DNA from: a virus
Direction: 5' to 3' (one strand)
DNA: 36,464 bases
Virus record (IMG/VR): IMGVR_UViG_3300035040_000064
The translations under genes and the position numbers were made by a program. The notes beneath the pieces were generated by a model. It had not been told where the DNA came from, ran no database searches, and saw only the letters and a program-made list of their open reading frames with translations. Below, piece by piece: positions 22,835 through 30,817 of this stretch (the stretch's first letter is position 1; each line of letters begins with the position of its first letter).

Positions 22835-23713
22835 ATGGCAAATTTGAGCGAAGCCAGCGAGTGGGTAGCCGGTGTCTACCAGATCGAAACGACCGATCCG
22901 GTGGTGGGCGGACCCAACGGCATCAGCAACGTGCAGGGCAAGCAGCTCGGCAATCGCACGCGGTATCTGAAAGACAAGGTCGAAGAGCTACAGGCGCTGG
23001 CCGAGGGGATCGACGACGAGGCGCAAAACGCCATCGTGGCCGCCATCTCCCAGGCTCTGTCGATCTCGGGCGTCAATACCCAGGCGATAGAAAACCTCCA
23101 GCACCGCTCCCTGGCCCAGGGGACGGTGGTGCTCAAAAACAAATGGGTCGTCTCGGGGTGCGTACTGAGCAAGGCGGACATCAGGGCGCTGCACCTGTCG
23201 GCCAGCGGCACCGTGGGCAGCGGCGTAAGCCGGGCATGGATCGACGGCGGCATGCGCTTTATCCCCGACGATGACTACCACGTGACGGTCCCAACCAACC
23301 CCGGCACCTCCGACGTGGTCTATTACGCGTACCTGGCGCTGGAGAGCGGGGCGTACCGGGTCGATTTGGATACGGCCGTCCCCGACGCGGCACTGCTCTT
23401 GTACCAGCTGACCGTGCCGGCAGGAGACACAGCAAACAACCTGAGCGCCGTCACGCTGACGGATCGTCGCACGCTGCAGCCCTGGAACGGCTGGACGATC
23501 AACACCGTCCAAGACGTTTACGTGCCCCTTCCCGCCCCCCAGCTCAACGCTCCCGATTACGCAGTGGAGCTGATGGTGGAGTCGGCAACCTACATCGGGG
23601 CCGTGGGCGAGCTGGAGGTCGTCGACCGGCAACAGAACGGCTTCAAGATCCGCATCAGAGGCAGCGCCGACAACGTGATGGTACGTTGGACGCTGCTCAA
23701 CCCGGCAAATTAA
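22835..23713 (+). CDS. Tail fibre protein
   Basis: The N-terminus ...SEWVAGVYQIETTDPVVGGPNGISNVQGKQLGNRTRYLKDKVEEL is the conserved myovirus fibre attachment motif. Confidence 0.75.
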   Translation: MANLSEASEWVAGVYQIETTDPVVGGPNGISNVQGKQLGNRTRYLKDKVEELQALAEGIDDEAQNAIVAAISQALSISGVNTQAIENLQHRSLAQGTVVLKNKWVVSGCVLSKADIRALHLSASGTVGSGVSRAWIDGGMRFIPDDDYHVTVPTNPGTSDVVYYAYLALESGAYRVDLDTAVPDAALLLYQLTVPAGDTANNLSAVTLTDRRTLQPWNGWTINTVQDVYVPLPAPQLNAPDYAVELMVESATYIGAVGELEVVDRQQNGFKIRIRGSADNVMVRWTLLNPAN

Positions 23714-23725
23714 GGAGGATCGACC

Positions 23726-24070
23726 ATGCAAAAGATCATCATGACAGAAGGGCGCCATGCGACGGTCGCCCTGGAGGGCGCCATCCTGACCGTGGGCAAC
23801 TGCGCCATCGACCTGGCCGCCCGGCAGGCGGATGTCGCCACCGCCATCGATCTCTCTCTCTCCGGCGACGGCAGCGTCGTCGAGGGCCGAGGGGCGGGAT
23901 GGTACGTGGCCAACATCGTGATTCCGCCGGCGACCTACACCGATGTAGAAACCGGGGAGAGCGGCGAGGACGGGTCTCCCGTCATTGAGCGCCGGCTCGA
24001 CCCCCTGAAAACCGATCTCGTGACTCTCAACCTGTGGGCGTTGCCCACCACCGCAACCGAAGGAGAATAA
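23726..24070 (+). CDS. Hypothetical protein in the fibre module (possible fibre accessory)
   Basis: GGAGG RBS. 114 aa. No motif recognised. Confidence 0.4.
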   Translation: MQKIIMTEGRHATVALEGAILTVGNCAIDLAARQADVATAIDLSLSGDGSVVEGRGAGWYVANIVIPPATYTDVETGESGEDGSPVIERRLDPLKTDLVTLNLWALPTTATEGE

Positions 24071-24072
24071 TC

Positions 24073-25131
24073 GTGAGCATCATCATCAGCATTAAGGACA
24101 GTCTGCGCCAGAGCGTGGAAGCCGCCACCGGCGGTCAGGTAACCGTGATGTACGACGACAAGGGCTATCCCAGCCACATGTGCCGAGTCCCCCTGTTTAC
24201 TCTCGATACGATCGACCCGGCGTGGCCTGCGACCCCGCACCCCGCCTTCGTGGTCAACGGCACGACGAAATCGGAAATATGGGTTGCCCAGTACCCCGCC
24301 AACGTGCACGACGGCATGGCGCTCTCGCTGCCCGGCCAAAATCAGACAACCTCAGTCAACTTCGACACGGCAGACGCCCGTTGCAGCGCCAAGGGGGCAG
24401 GCTGGCACATGATGACCAATGCCGAATGGGCGGCGATCGCGCTTCTGACCCACAAGCAGTTCGGTGCGGACTCGATCCACGGCAACACCGATTACGGCCG
24501 CGACTATCTGGCGACCTTCGAGACAGCACCCCGGCAGGACGCCGGCACGCCGGGCGAAGCCAGCGGCACCGCCCGCACCCTGCCCGGCGCGGGTCCCGCC
24601 TCATGGCGGCACAACGGCGAGCCGAGCGGCATCGCCGATCTGGTCGGCAACGTCTGGGAGTGGGTGCGCGGCCTGCGCATCGTCGACGGAGAGATTCAGA
24701 TCCTTGCCGATAACAATGCAGCTGACCAGAGCGCTGACCAGAGCGCGACTAGCAGCGAATGGAGAGCAATTTTACAGGATGGGTCTCTTGTTGCGCCCGG
24801 CACAGCAAGCACCCTCAAGTGGGACAGCAACAGCGGCGTGCAGCTCGCAACGGCAGTGACGACCGTCGGCACGCCCTCTACGCAGTATAAGGACGTCGTC
24901 GCCGCATCCGGCGTGACGATCCCCGCGATCCTTCAGCAACTCGGTCTGCACCCGCACGCCACCGACATGCAGCGCGGGCGGCTCTATGTCAACAACGAAG
25001 GGGAGCGTCTGCCGTTCCGTGGTGGCTACTGGGACAATGGCGCTTACGCCGGGGCCTTTGCCCTGTGCCTGTACAACCAGCGTTCGTATGCGTACACGTA
25101 CATCGGGTTCCGCCCCGCTTTCGTTCTGTAA
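24073..25131 (+). CDS. Tail fibre tip / receptor-binding candidate with an FGE-sulfatase (C-type-lectin-fold) domain
   Basis: GTG start after AAGGAGA. Motifs: ...GWHMMTNAEWAAIA..., ...DLVGNVWEWV..., ...RGGYWDNGAYAG...IGFRPAF. Confidence 0.65.
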   Translation: MSIIISIKDSLRQSVEAATGGQVTVMYDDKGYPSHMCRVPLFTLDTIDPAWPATPHPAFVVNGTTKSEIWVAQYPANVHDGMALSLPGQNQTTSVNFDTADARCSAKGAGWHMMTNAEWAAIALLTHKQFGADSIHGNTDYGRDYLATFETAPRQDAGTPGEASGTARTLPGAGPASWRHNGEPSGIADLVGNVWEWVRGLRIVDGEIQILADNNAADQSADQSATSSEWRAILQDGSLVAPGTASTLKWDSNSGVQLATAVTTVGTPSTQYKDVVAASGVTIPAILQQLGLHPHATDMQRGRLYVNNEGERLPFRGGYWDNGAYAGAFALCLYNQRSYAYTYIGFRPAFVL

Positions 25132-25368
25132 TCTGTTGTCTGTGATCTGGTGGAGCGGGCGATAGCCCGCTCTGCCTTTTGGATCGACCTCCAAAGCCCC
25201 CGCCAAATCAATCAAGGTGGAAGTTTCCGGGTCTGAACGCCCGTTTTCGTACTTCCAGAGCAAGCCTTTCTTTATGCCTACCAATTCGGCCAGCGCCTTC
25301 TGGGTAAGCCCGCTCTTCTCTCTGGCTTCTTTTATCCTGAGCCCAAGCTCTTCTCGTAGGTTTTCCAT
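24772..25368 (-). CDS. XRE-family HTH regulator; only the first 65 aa or so look like a real domain
   Basis: MENLREELGLRIKEAREKSGLTQKALAELVGIKKGLLWKYENGRSDPETSTLIDLAGALEV is a clear HTH_3 domain. The frame has no stop until 24772, which lies antisense inside the fibre-tip gene. Confidence 0.6.
   Translation of the reverse strand: MENLREELGLRIKEAREKSGLTQKALAELVGIKKGLLWKYENGRSDPETSTLIDLAGALEVDPKGRAGYRPLHQITDNRLQNESGAEPDVRVRIRTLVVQAQGKGPGVSAIVPVATTERQTLPFVVDIEPPALHVGGVRVQTELLKDRGDRHAGCGDDVLILRRGRADGRHCRCELHAAVAVPLEGACCAGRNKRPIL
25153..25180 (+). terminator. Rho-independent terminator after the fibre genes
   Basis: GAGCGGGC-GATA-GCCCGCTC followed by TGCCTTTT. Confidence 0.6.
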
Positions 25369-25504
25369 GACCTAAGTTTAACCACTTTTTTTGCAAAAAG
25401 TAAACAAGTTCACAAAACAAGAACTACAAGCAAAAACAGTGTCTTATATGAGAAACAGAACTCGCTATACGCCCTCCCCAGTCTATGTATCGAGAAAAAG
25501 TCAC

Positions 25505-25533
25505 TTGACAGTTCTCCGTATGTCGATTAAGTT
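25505..25533 (+). promoter_or_regulatory. Sigma70-like promoter for the rightward HTH gene
   Basis: TTGACA (25505-25510), 17-nt spacer, TAAGTT (25528-25533). GGAGAG RBS precedes the ATG at 25560. Confidence 0.5.
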
Positions 25534-25559
25534 GTCTACAAATAGAGAACGGAGAGCTT

Positions 25560-26069
25560 ATGACTATCGGAGAAAAAATATTAAAAGCACGAAAAAGCAA
25601 GGGTTTGACCGGCGAAGAACTTGGGAATCGTGTTGGCCTGTCAAAGGGAGCCGTTTGGAAAGTAGAAAATGACTCTTTAAAGGGCGGCCCACAGCCAGAG
25701 CTGGTTGTCAAAGTAGCGAACGCACTGGGTGACAACACCATACTTCTCCACTACCTCGAGGAGAACCCGGTCTACCGCGCTATTATCCCGCGTATTTTCC
25801 CTGACCTGAACAACATTCGCCGTGATCCGGCGATCATCTTTTCTCGTTTTGCTGATGAGGCGGGTGAGGCTATTGAAGCTGCGCGCATCCTCTCTCAGAT
25901 TTTCAGCAATGCGAACCCTGAAAACACCCCGAATTTTGAGGCGGTGTTTAAGGCGAATATGGAGCAGATCGTTGATGTGCAGCGGTGTGCTGAGATTCTT
26001 TTTGTTGGGCTGATTCATGCGGGCGTGATGACGGATGTGGATCAGCGTGTGAAGGCGCGGCGCAAATAG
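25560..26069 (+). CDS. XRE-family HTH regulator with a C-terminal domain (CI- or Cro-like role)
   Basis: MTIGEKILKARKSKGLTGEELGNRVGLSKGAVWKVEND... is an HTH_3 domain. It is divergent from the leftward HTH gene. Confidence 0.75.
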   Translation: MTIGEKILKARKSKGLTGEELGNRVGLSKGAVWKVENDSLKGGPQPELVVKVANALGDNTILLHYLEENPVYRAIIPRIFPDLNNIRRDPAIIFSRFADEAGEAIEAARILSQIFSNANPENTPNFEAVFKANMEQIVDVQRCAEILFVGLIHAGVMTDVDQRVKARRK

Positions 26070-26135
26070 TCCCATCACGGCGTGCGGCTGGCCCCGACCG
26101 TTGCGCCGTTATCTCAGCCACAGGGGTGGACACTA

Positions 26136-26177
26136 CCCGGCGGTTGTTTCCTCCTTACGCGCCGCCGGGGACTTTTT
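26136..26177 (+). terminator. Candidate terminator
   Basis: CCCGGCGG (26136-26143) pairs with CCGCCGGG (26162-26169) and is followed by GACTTTTTG. The 18-nt loop is long. Confidence 0.4.
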
Positions 26178-26204
26178 GCAGCGTAAGGGGATAAGGAGGG
26201 AACC

Positions 26205-26363
26205 ATGGCTGATAAGAGTTTTGCACGGCAGCATTTGATTTGTTTGGCATGGCAGGAGCGCAGGCTTTTGCGCCGACTGCATGACGGAGAAAGCGCTTAC
26301 ATGCTGGGCTACTATCACGGCTTGCTGACCGCACTGCGGACAATGAGGAGAAGGAAAGCATGA
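26205..26363 (+). CDS. Hypothetical small protein (52 aa; below the ORF-track cutoff)
   Basis: AAGGAGGG lies 4 nt upstream. The translation is MADKSFARQHLICLAWQERRLLRRLHDGESAYMLGYYHGLLTALRTMRRRKA. ATGA overlap with the next ORF. Confidence 0.5.
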   Translation: MADKSFARQHLICLAWQERRLLRRLHDGESAYMLGYYHGLLTALRTMRRRKA

Positions 26364-26545
26364 AGTACATCAAGTTTATTTTTGGAGCTGTTGCCTGGTT
26401 TGCGGCTACCTGCCTGCTCGCATCCCTAGCGCTCGATGCGATGGAGTGGGAGCAGGACCGCCAGGCGGCAGCGGCTGCTGAGTATCGGCAGCAGGTGGAT
26501 CAAGAGCTTGTTGTCCAGCACGCTGTGTATCGTGCGGGGCAATGA
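26360..26545 (+). CDS. Small membrane protein (hypothetical)
   Basis: Transmembrane segment FIFGAVAWFAATCLLASLAL. Translationally coupled to the upstream ORF. Confidence 0.5.
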   Translation: MKYIKFIFGAVAWFAATCLLASLALDAMEWEQDRQAAAAAEYRQQVDQELVVQHAVYRAGQ

Positions 26546-26679
26546 TGATCCCCCGCACCCCCTCTGTGCTGCAGGCGCTCCAGATTCAATTGTTCATGGC
26601 TCGCGGCAAAATGTCGCGGGTCCTTCTGGGCGTACAGCGTAGAGCGGGCGGCAAAGCCCCAATATTTGCGTCCATTTGA
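26542..26679 (+). CDS. Possible small ORF (45 aa)
   Basis: ATGA overlap with the upstream stop. The translation is MMIPRTPSVLQALQIQLFMARGKMSRVLLGVQRRAGGKAPIFASI. No motif recognised. Confidence 0.25.
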   Translation: MMIPRTPSVLQALQIQLFMARGKMSRVLLGVQRRAGGKAPIFASI

Positions 26680-26742
26680 GATTTGAATTTCATTTGGAAA
26701 AATGGAATTTGTTTGCGTGATTTCGGATAGTTAGGTTAATTG

Positions 26743-28218
26743 ATGGGTGTTCCCGAGATTGATTACAAGTTTGTAAAAGACTGCCTCGATGCAAACGAGC
26801 TGGGTGATGGGATGTTGTTCGCCCATCTGCACCAGGGGCAGTTTGTTTACGTAGCCAGCGCGGATGAGTGGTACGCGTGGGTCGGACACCACTGGGAGCG
26901 CGACGTCAAAGAGCGCAGCGCCTCCGCCGTGGAGCATGTCGCGGTCCAGTACCTGGCAGCAGCAGACGGACTGGAGCCTATGATAAAAGATGCGCTCGCG
27001 GAGAAGGAGAAAGACAAAGCCGCTGCGTTGCGCGAGATCCAGAAGAAGTACCGCAAGCGCGCTGAAAAGCTCCGCTCAGACCGCGGCATTCGCAGCACCC
27101 TACGTTTTGCCCGGATAGGAGAACACGCCCTCGCGATCCACGGCGAAGAGCTCGACCAGAAACCATGGCTGCTTGCATGCAACAACGGTGTAATCAACCT
27201 CAAGAACGGCCAGCTGCGCGACGGTCGCCCTGAAGATTACCTAACCATGGCATGCCCTCACGACTACAAAGGGCTCGACCACCTCGATGACCGTTGGGAA
27301 AAATTCCTCCTGCAGATATCCAACGAGCGCGAGGAACTTGTTGACTACTACCAGCGCATCCTCGGCTACGCCATCACCGGACTATCCACCGTCCCCGACT
27401 TCTTCGCTTTAGCCGGACAGGGTCGCAACGGTAAATCGGTCCTGATCGAAACCATCGCCCACGTACTGGGAGATCTCGCCGGACCCATCCCAGCCGAAAT
27501 GCTCCTCGATCAACCCAGCAGCAGATCCGCCAACGCCGCCAGCCCCGACATCATGAAGCTGCGCGGACTGCGCATAGCCTACGCCAGCGAGACCGACGAA
27601 GGGCGCAAATTCTCCAGCAGCCGGATCAAGTGGCTCACCGGTGGCGACCGCCTCACCGGCCGCCACCCGCACGACAAATACTGCGTCGATTTTACCCCCA
27701 CGCACACACTGTTCCTGCTCACAAACCACAAACCCCGCGCCGCAGCCGATGACTTCGCCTTCTGGGAGCGCTGTCGCCTCATCTGGTTTGAACTCAGCTT
27801 CGTCAAAGATCGCGAACCACGCCCCGACAGCAACGAGCGCCCCGCAGACCCAGACCTCGCCGCGACCCTGCAGGAATGCGCACCCGCGATCCTCTCCTGG
27901 CTGGTCAACGGCTGCCTGCGCTGGCAAGCAGAAGGCACCACACCACCGCCGATAGTCAAAGAAGCCACCGCCGCCTACCGCCAGGAGCAAGACATTATCC
28001 AGGAATGGATAGACGACTGCATCGAGGAGGATCCATACGGGTCAGCACCAGCGCGCGAACTCAACCAAAGCTGGTCGCAATGGTACGAAGCTAACGTCGG
28101 AAAACGCGTCCCATCTCAGCGCTGGCTCGGGCAACAACTCGGCAAACGCTACACAAAACGCAAAGCACGTACCGGCTACGTCTACGATGGCATACAGGTG
28201 ATCCATGAATTTATTTGA
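26743..28218 (+). CDS. D5 / P4-type primase-helicase (SF3 NTPase) protein
   Basis: Walker A AGQGRNGKS. ...RILGYAITG..., ...FLLTNHKP... and the C-terminal ...YTKRKARTGYVYDGIQV are typical of phage/plasmid primase P4-family C-terminal regions. Confidence 0.85.
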   Translation: MGVPEIDYKFVKDCLDANELGDGMLFAHLHQGQFVYVASADEWYAWVGHHWERDVKERSASAVEHVAVQYLAAADGLEPMIKDALAEKEKDKAAALREIQKKYRKRAEKLRSDRGIRSTLRFARIGEHALAIHGEELDQKPWLLACNNGVINLKNGQLRDGRPEDYLTMACPHDYKGLDHLDDRWEKFLLQISNEREELVDYYQRILGYAITGLSTVPDFFALAGQGRNGKSVLIETIAHVLGDLAGPIPAEMLLDQPSSRSANAASPDIMKLRGLRIAYASETDEGRKFSSSRIKWLTGGDRLTGRHPHDKYCVDFTPTHTLFLLTNHKPRAAADDFAFWERCRLIWFELSFVKDREPRPDSNERPADPDLAATLQECAPAILSWLVNGCLRWQAEGTTPPPIVKEATAAYRQEQDIIQEWIDDCIEEDPYGSAPARELNQSWSQWYEANVGKRVPSQRWLGQQLGKRYTKRKARTGYVYDGIQVIHEFI

Positions 28219-28221
28219 TAC

Positions 28222-28520
28222 TGCGCACCTTGCGCACCATATCGCACCTTGGTTCTCGCAAGGTCAACGGGGGAACGGGGTGGAATTATTACACAATTTA
28301 GACAGTGTGAACCTTGCGCACCTTAATCTGAATATACGCACACGTGCGCGCGCGCGAGCGATAGCCGGAACCCTACAAACAACAATAAAAAAACATACCT
28401 TACTTTATACAAAAAAAGGTGAACAAGGTTCACAGAGTAATAAAAAAATAAATATTTTAAGTATTTAGACTGCGCACCTTTTACAAAAAAAGGTCCACAT
28501 AAGGTGCGCAAAGGTGCGCA
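28222..28520. repeat. Candidate replication origin: TGCGCACCTT iterons flanking AT-rich tracts
   Basis: Direct copies at 28222-28231, 28231-28239 (TGCGCACCA), 28242-28250 (TCGCACCTT), 28315-28324 and 28471-28480. Inverted copies AAGGTGCGCA at 28501-28510 and 28511-28520. AT-rich stretches at about 28385-28470. Palindrome TGAACAAGGTTCA. Confidence 0.65.
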
Positions 28521-28564
28521 CTAAAGATTTACAGCCCTTTTACTGGATAGAAAGGAAAAAGCAA

Positions 28565-29104
28565 ATGCAATACAGCTTCCCCGAAACACGCTTCGTTGCA
28601 GAAAACACCTCGGTAAAGCAGCGTGCTCACGTAATGAGCGAGGCTTTTGAAGCGCAAGACGCCATAAACCATGGTGAGACTGAAGAGAGAATCGATGAAG
28701 AGTTCATGGATCTGGTGCAGGCGCTGACGACATATTTTAAATGCAGGGAGAGAGAAAAAGGCTCTGATTACGTTCAGGGTGTTTGGGATTTTGTTTACAG
28801 CAAAACAGCAAGGCGGGGCAACTATACCCGGAAGGAAACACTGGAGATACTTGACGAGATAGAAATCCTAACTCAGAAAAAAGCCGCGCACCTAAGAAGG
28901 TTTGTGGATGAAGTTTTCGACATACACCCAGATCTAAAAGTATCAGCCTCAGATATATATGCTGAATATTTAGAGTGGGAAGATCGCCAGCCGTTAAACC
29001 TTAGAAGATCTCAGCGACACCTGGGTAAATATCTTACCTCCAGATTCACAAAGACACGTACAGCCGGTGGCTACATCTACCACGGCATTGGAATAAAGGG
29101 CTAA
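28565..29104 (+). CDS. Two-domain protein: MazG-like N-domain plus a primase-C-terminal-like winged-helix domain
   Basis: MQYSFPETRFVAENT...SEAFEA...EERIDEEFMDLV carries the EExxE...ExxD pattern. The C-terminus ...YAEYLEWE...LGKYLTSRFTKTRTAGGYIYHGIGI resembles the C-terminus of the 26743 product. ORF 28514 extends upstream into the iterons. Confidence 0.55.
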   Translation: MQYSFPETRFVAENTSVKQRAHVMSEAFEAQDAINHGETEERIDEEFMDLVQALTTYFKCREREKGSDYVQGVWDFVYSKTARRGNYTRKETLEILDEIEILTQKKAAHLRRFVDEVFDIHPDLKVSASDIYAEYLEWEDRQPLNLRRSQRHLGKYLTSRFTKTRTAGGYIYHGIGIKG

Positions 29105-29108
29105 CCCC

Positions 29109-30515
29109 ATGATCCTTCAACTCCTACAAGAACACGGCATCAGTCCTAAGCGCGTCAGCAGTCACCAGGGCGGCGAGTACCACAGCCCCTGTCCGCGCTG
29201 CGGTGGCACCGACCGCTTTCACGCCTGGCCAGATCAGAACGAAGGGCAGGGCAGCTTCTGGTGTCGCCAGTGCGACCTCGGCGGCGATGCCATAAAATTC
29301 TTGATGGAATACAACGGGCTCAGCTTCCGCGACGCCGCCAAACGCACCGGCAAAGAACTCACAGCACAACAGCGCAACTATACCCCCCGCGCGCCAAAAA
29401 CCAACGCCCCAGCAGCCAAACAGCTCACCCCGCGTGAAGTCACCAGCCCAGAGCACAACTGGCAGATACAGGCACACAAACTAATCCTCCACGCCGCCGA
29501 AGCCCTCCAGCAGAACTCCGCGCAGCTCCAGTACCTCCAAACACGCGGCATCAGCCCACAACAAGCCATCAAATTCAGCCTCGGCTTCGTCGGCGGAGAA
29601 AAACCCGCCGTATTCAGCGCGCGCAGCAAGTGGGGCCTAGAACCCAAACAGGGCAACAAAAAACCCGACGCCCTCTGGATACCCCGCGGCATTGTCATCC
29701 CCAACCTCATCGGCGATGAAGTAAACAGCATCCGCATCCGCCGCCCCAAGCAAGACCGCACCGGCCAGCTCGCCGACCTCAGCTACTACGTAATGCCCGG
29801 CTCCGGCACCGCGCCCCTGCTCCACTACCACGGCCAGCGCACCATCGTCGTAGTAGAAGCCCAGCTCGATGCCATCCTCATCGATCAACACGCAGGCGAC
29901 ATCACCGGCGTCCTCGCCCTCGGCAACGACTCATCCAGACCAGACGGCAACGCCCACAAAGCACTCCAGCAAGCCAGCCTGATCCTCATAGCCCTAGACA
30001 ACGACGAATCAGGCCAGAAAAATGCCCACAAATGGCTCGACTGGTACGACACCGCCGCCATCTGCACCCCGCCGCAAGGCAAAGACCCCGGCGATTATCA
30101 CCAGGATCACAACGGCGATATCCGCCACTGGCTCTGCCAGCACATCCCTGCCGTGTGGACCACACCCAAAAAACCGCGCCCCGCAGCCACAAAAAGCGCG
30201 CCCACAGAACCCGACCAGCCGATCCGCAAAATCATGCGCCGCAAAGATGGCACATACCTCGGCATCGTCAGCGATCCAGCCATAAAACAAGCCTACGCCC
30301 GCCAGACCGGCTACAACGTCATAACCTTCGACGAAGTAGACCACCTCGCAACCATGGAAGAAAACGCGCGCGAGCAATGGCTGATCGATAACGACCCCCG
30401 CCGCCAGATCATAGACGGCCCCAAACCCGATCAGGATATAACCATGCAAGCCGCCAACATCTTCAACGGCAGCATAACCGGAAACGAACCCCAACAACCG
30501 GAGCAATCAAAATGA
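29109..30515 (+). CDS. DNA primase (zinc finger plus Toprim domain)
   Basis: SPCPRCGGTDRFHAW...FWCRQCDLGGDAIKF is a CHC2-like finger. Toprim motifs VVVEAQLDAI and LIALDNDESGQK are present. Confidence 0.8.
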   Translation: MILQLLQEHGISPKRVSSHQGGEYHSPCPRCGGTDRFHAWPDQNEGQGSFWCRQCDLGGDAIKFLMEYNGLSFRDAAKRTGKELTAQQRNYTPRAPKTNAPAAKQLTPREVTSPEHNWQIQAHKLILHAAEALQQNSAQLQYLQTRGISPQQAIKFSLGFVGGEKPAVFSARSKWGLEPKQGNKKPDALWIPRGIVIPNLIGDEVNSIRIRRPKQDRTGQLADLSYYVMPGSGTAPLLHYHGQRTIVVVEAQLDAILIDQHAGDITGVLALGNDSSRPDGNAHKALQQASLILIALDNDESGQKNAHKWLDWYDTAAICTPPQGKDPGDYHQDHNGDIRHWLCQHIPAVWTTPKKPRPAATKSAPTEPDQPIRKIMRRKDGTYLGIVSDPAIKQAYARQTGYNVITFDEVDHLATMEENAREQWLIDNDPRRQIIDGPKPDQDITMQAANIFNGSITGNEPQQPEQSK

Positions 30516-30817
30516 TCTACCTATTCCCAAAAACACGCTTCGCCGAAACCAACACCCTGGATGAACAACAGCAACACATCCTCAGCGAAGCCGACGAAGT
30601 GCGCAACAGCATCATCAACGCCGAGCCAGCACAACGCACCACCGAAGAAGTAATCGACACCTGGCACAGCATCGAGACCTACATCCGGATCCTAGAAAAA
30701 GAATACGGCATCGAGCGCGTCCTCGAAGCCATCGACCAGGTAGTAAAGAAAAACGACGAGCGCGGCTACTACCAGCAGCCGACGCCAACCATCCAGATCG
30801 ATCAGGAGGACAAATAA
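30512..30817 (+). CDS. MazG-like small protein (paralog of the N-domain of the 28565 product)
   Basis: MIYLFPKTRFAETNT...SEADEV...TEEVIDTWHSIETYI aligns by eye with MQYSFPETRFVAENT...SEAFEA...DEEFMDLVQALTTYF. Confidence 0.55.
   Translation: MIYLFPKTRFAETNTLDEQQQHILSEADEVRNSIINAEPAQRTTEEVIDTWHSIETYIRILEKEYGIERVLEAIDQVVKKNDERGYYQQPTPTIQIDQEDK

Noticed and set aside
24950-25131. A possible DGR variable region at the 3' end of the lectin-fold fibre gene.
   Set aside because: No reverse transcriptase, Avd-like gene or template repeat exists anywhere in the closed genome. I kept it only as a population-level check.
26674-26711. Four spaced ATTTG motifs upstream of the helicase-primase gene, as a possible regulatory array.
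   Set aside because: The motif is only 5 nt, sits in an AT-rich spacer and has irregular spacing (7, 11 and 15 nt). That is too weak to call.
28205-28511. ORFs 28205-28468 (+) and 28323-28511 (-) in the origin region.
   Set aside because: They lie in AT-rich, repeat-dense non-coding-looking DNA. The products are low-complexity (Lys/Asn/Leu-rich) and there is no RBS.
28222-28520. Short repeats that could be mistaken for a CRISPR array.
   Set aside because: The repeats are only about 10 nt, irregularly spaced (some overlapping or tandem) and in both orientations. There are no cas genes. An iteron origin fits better.
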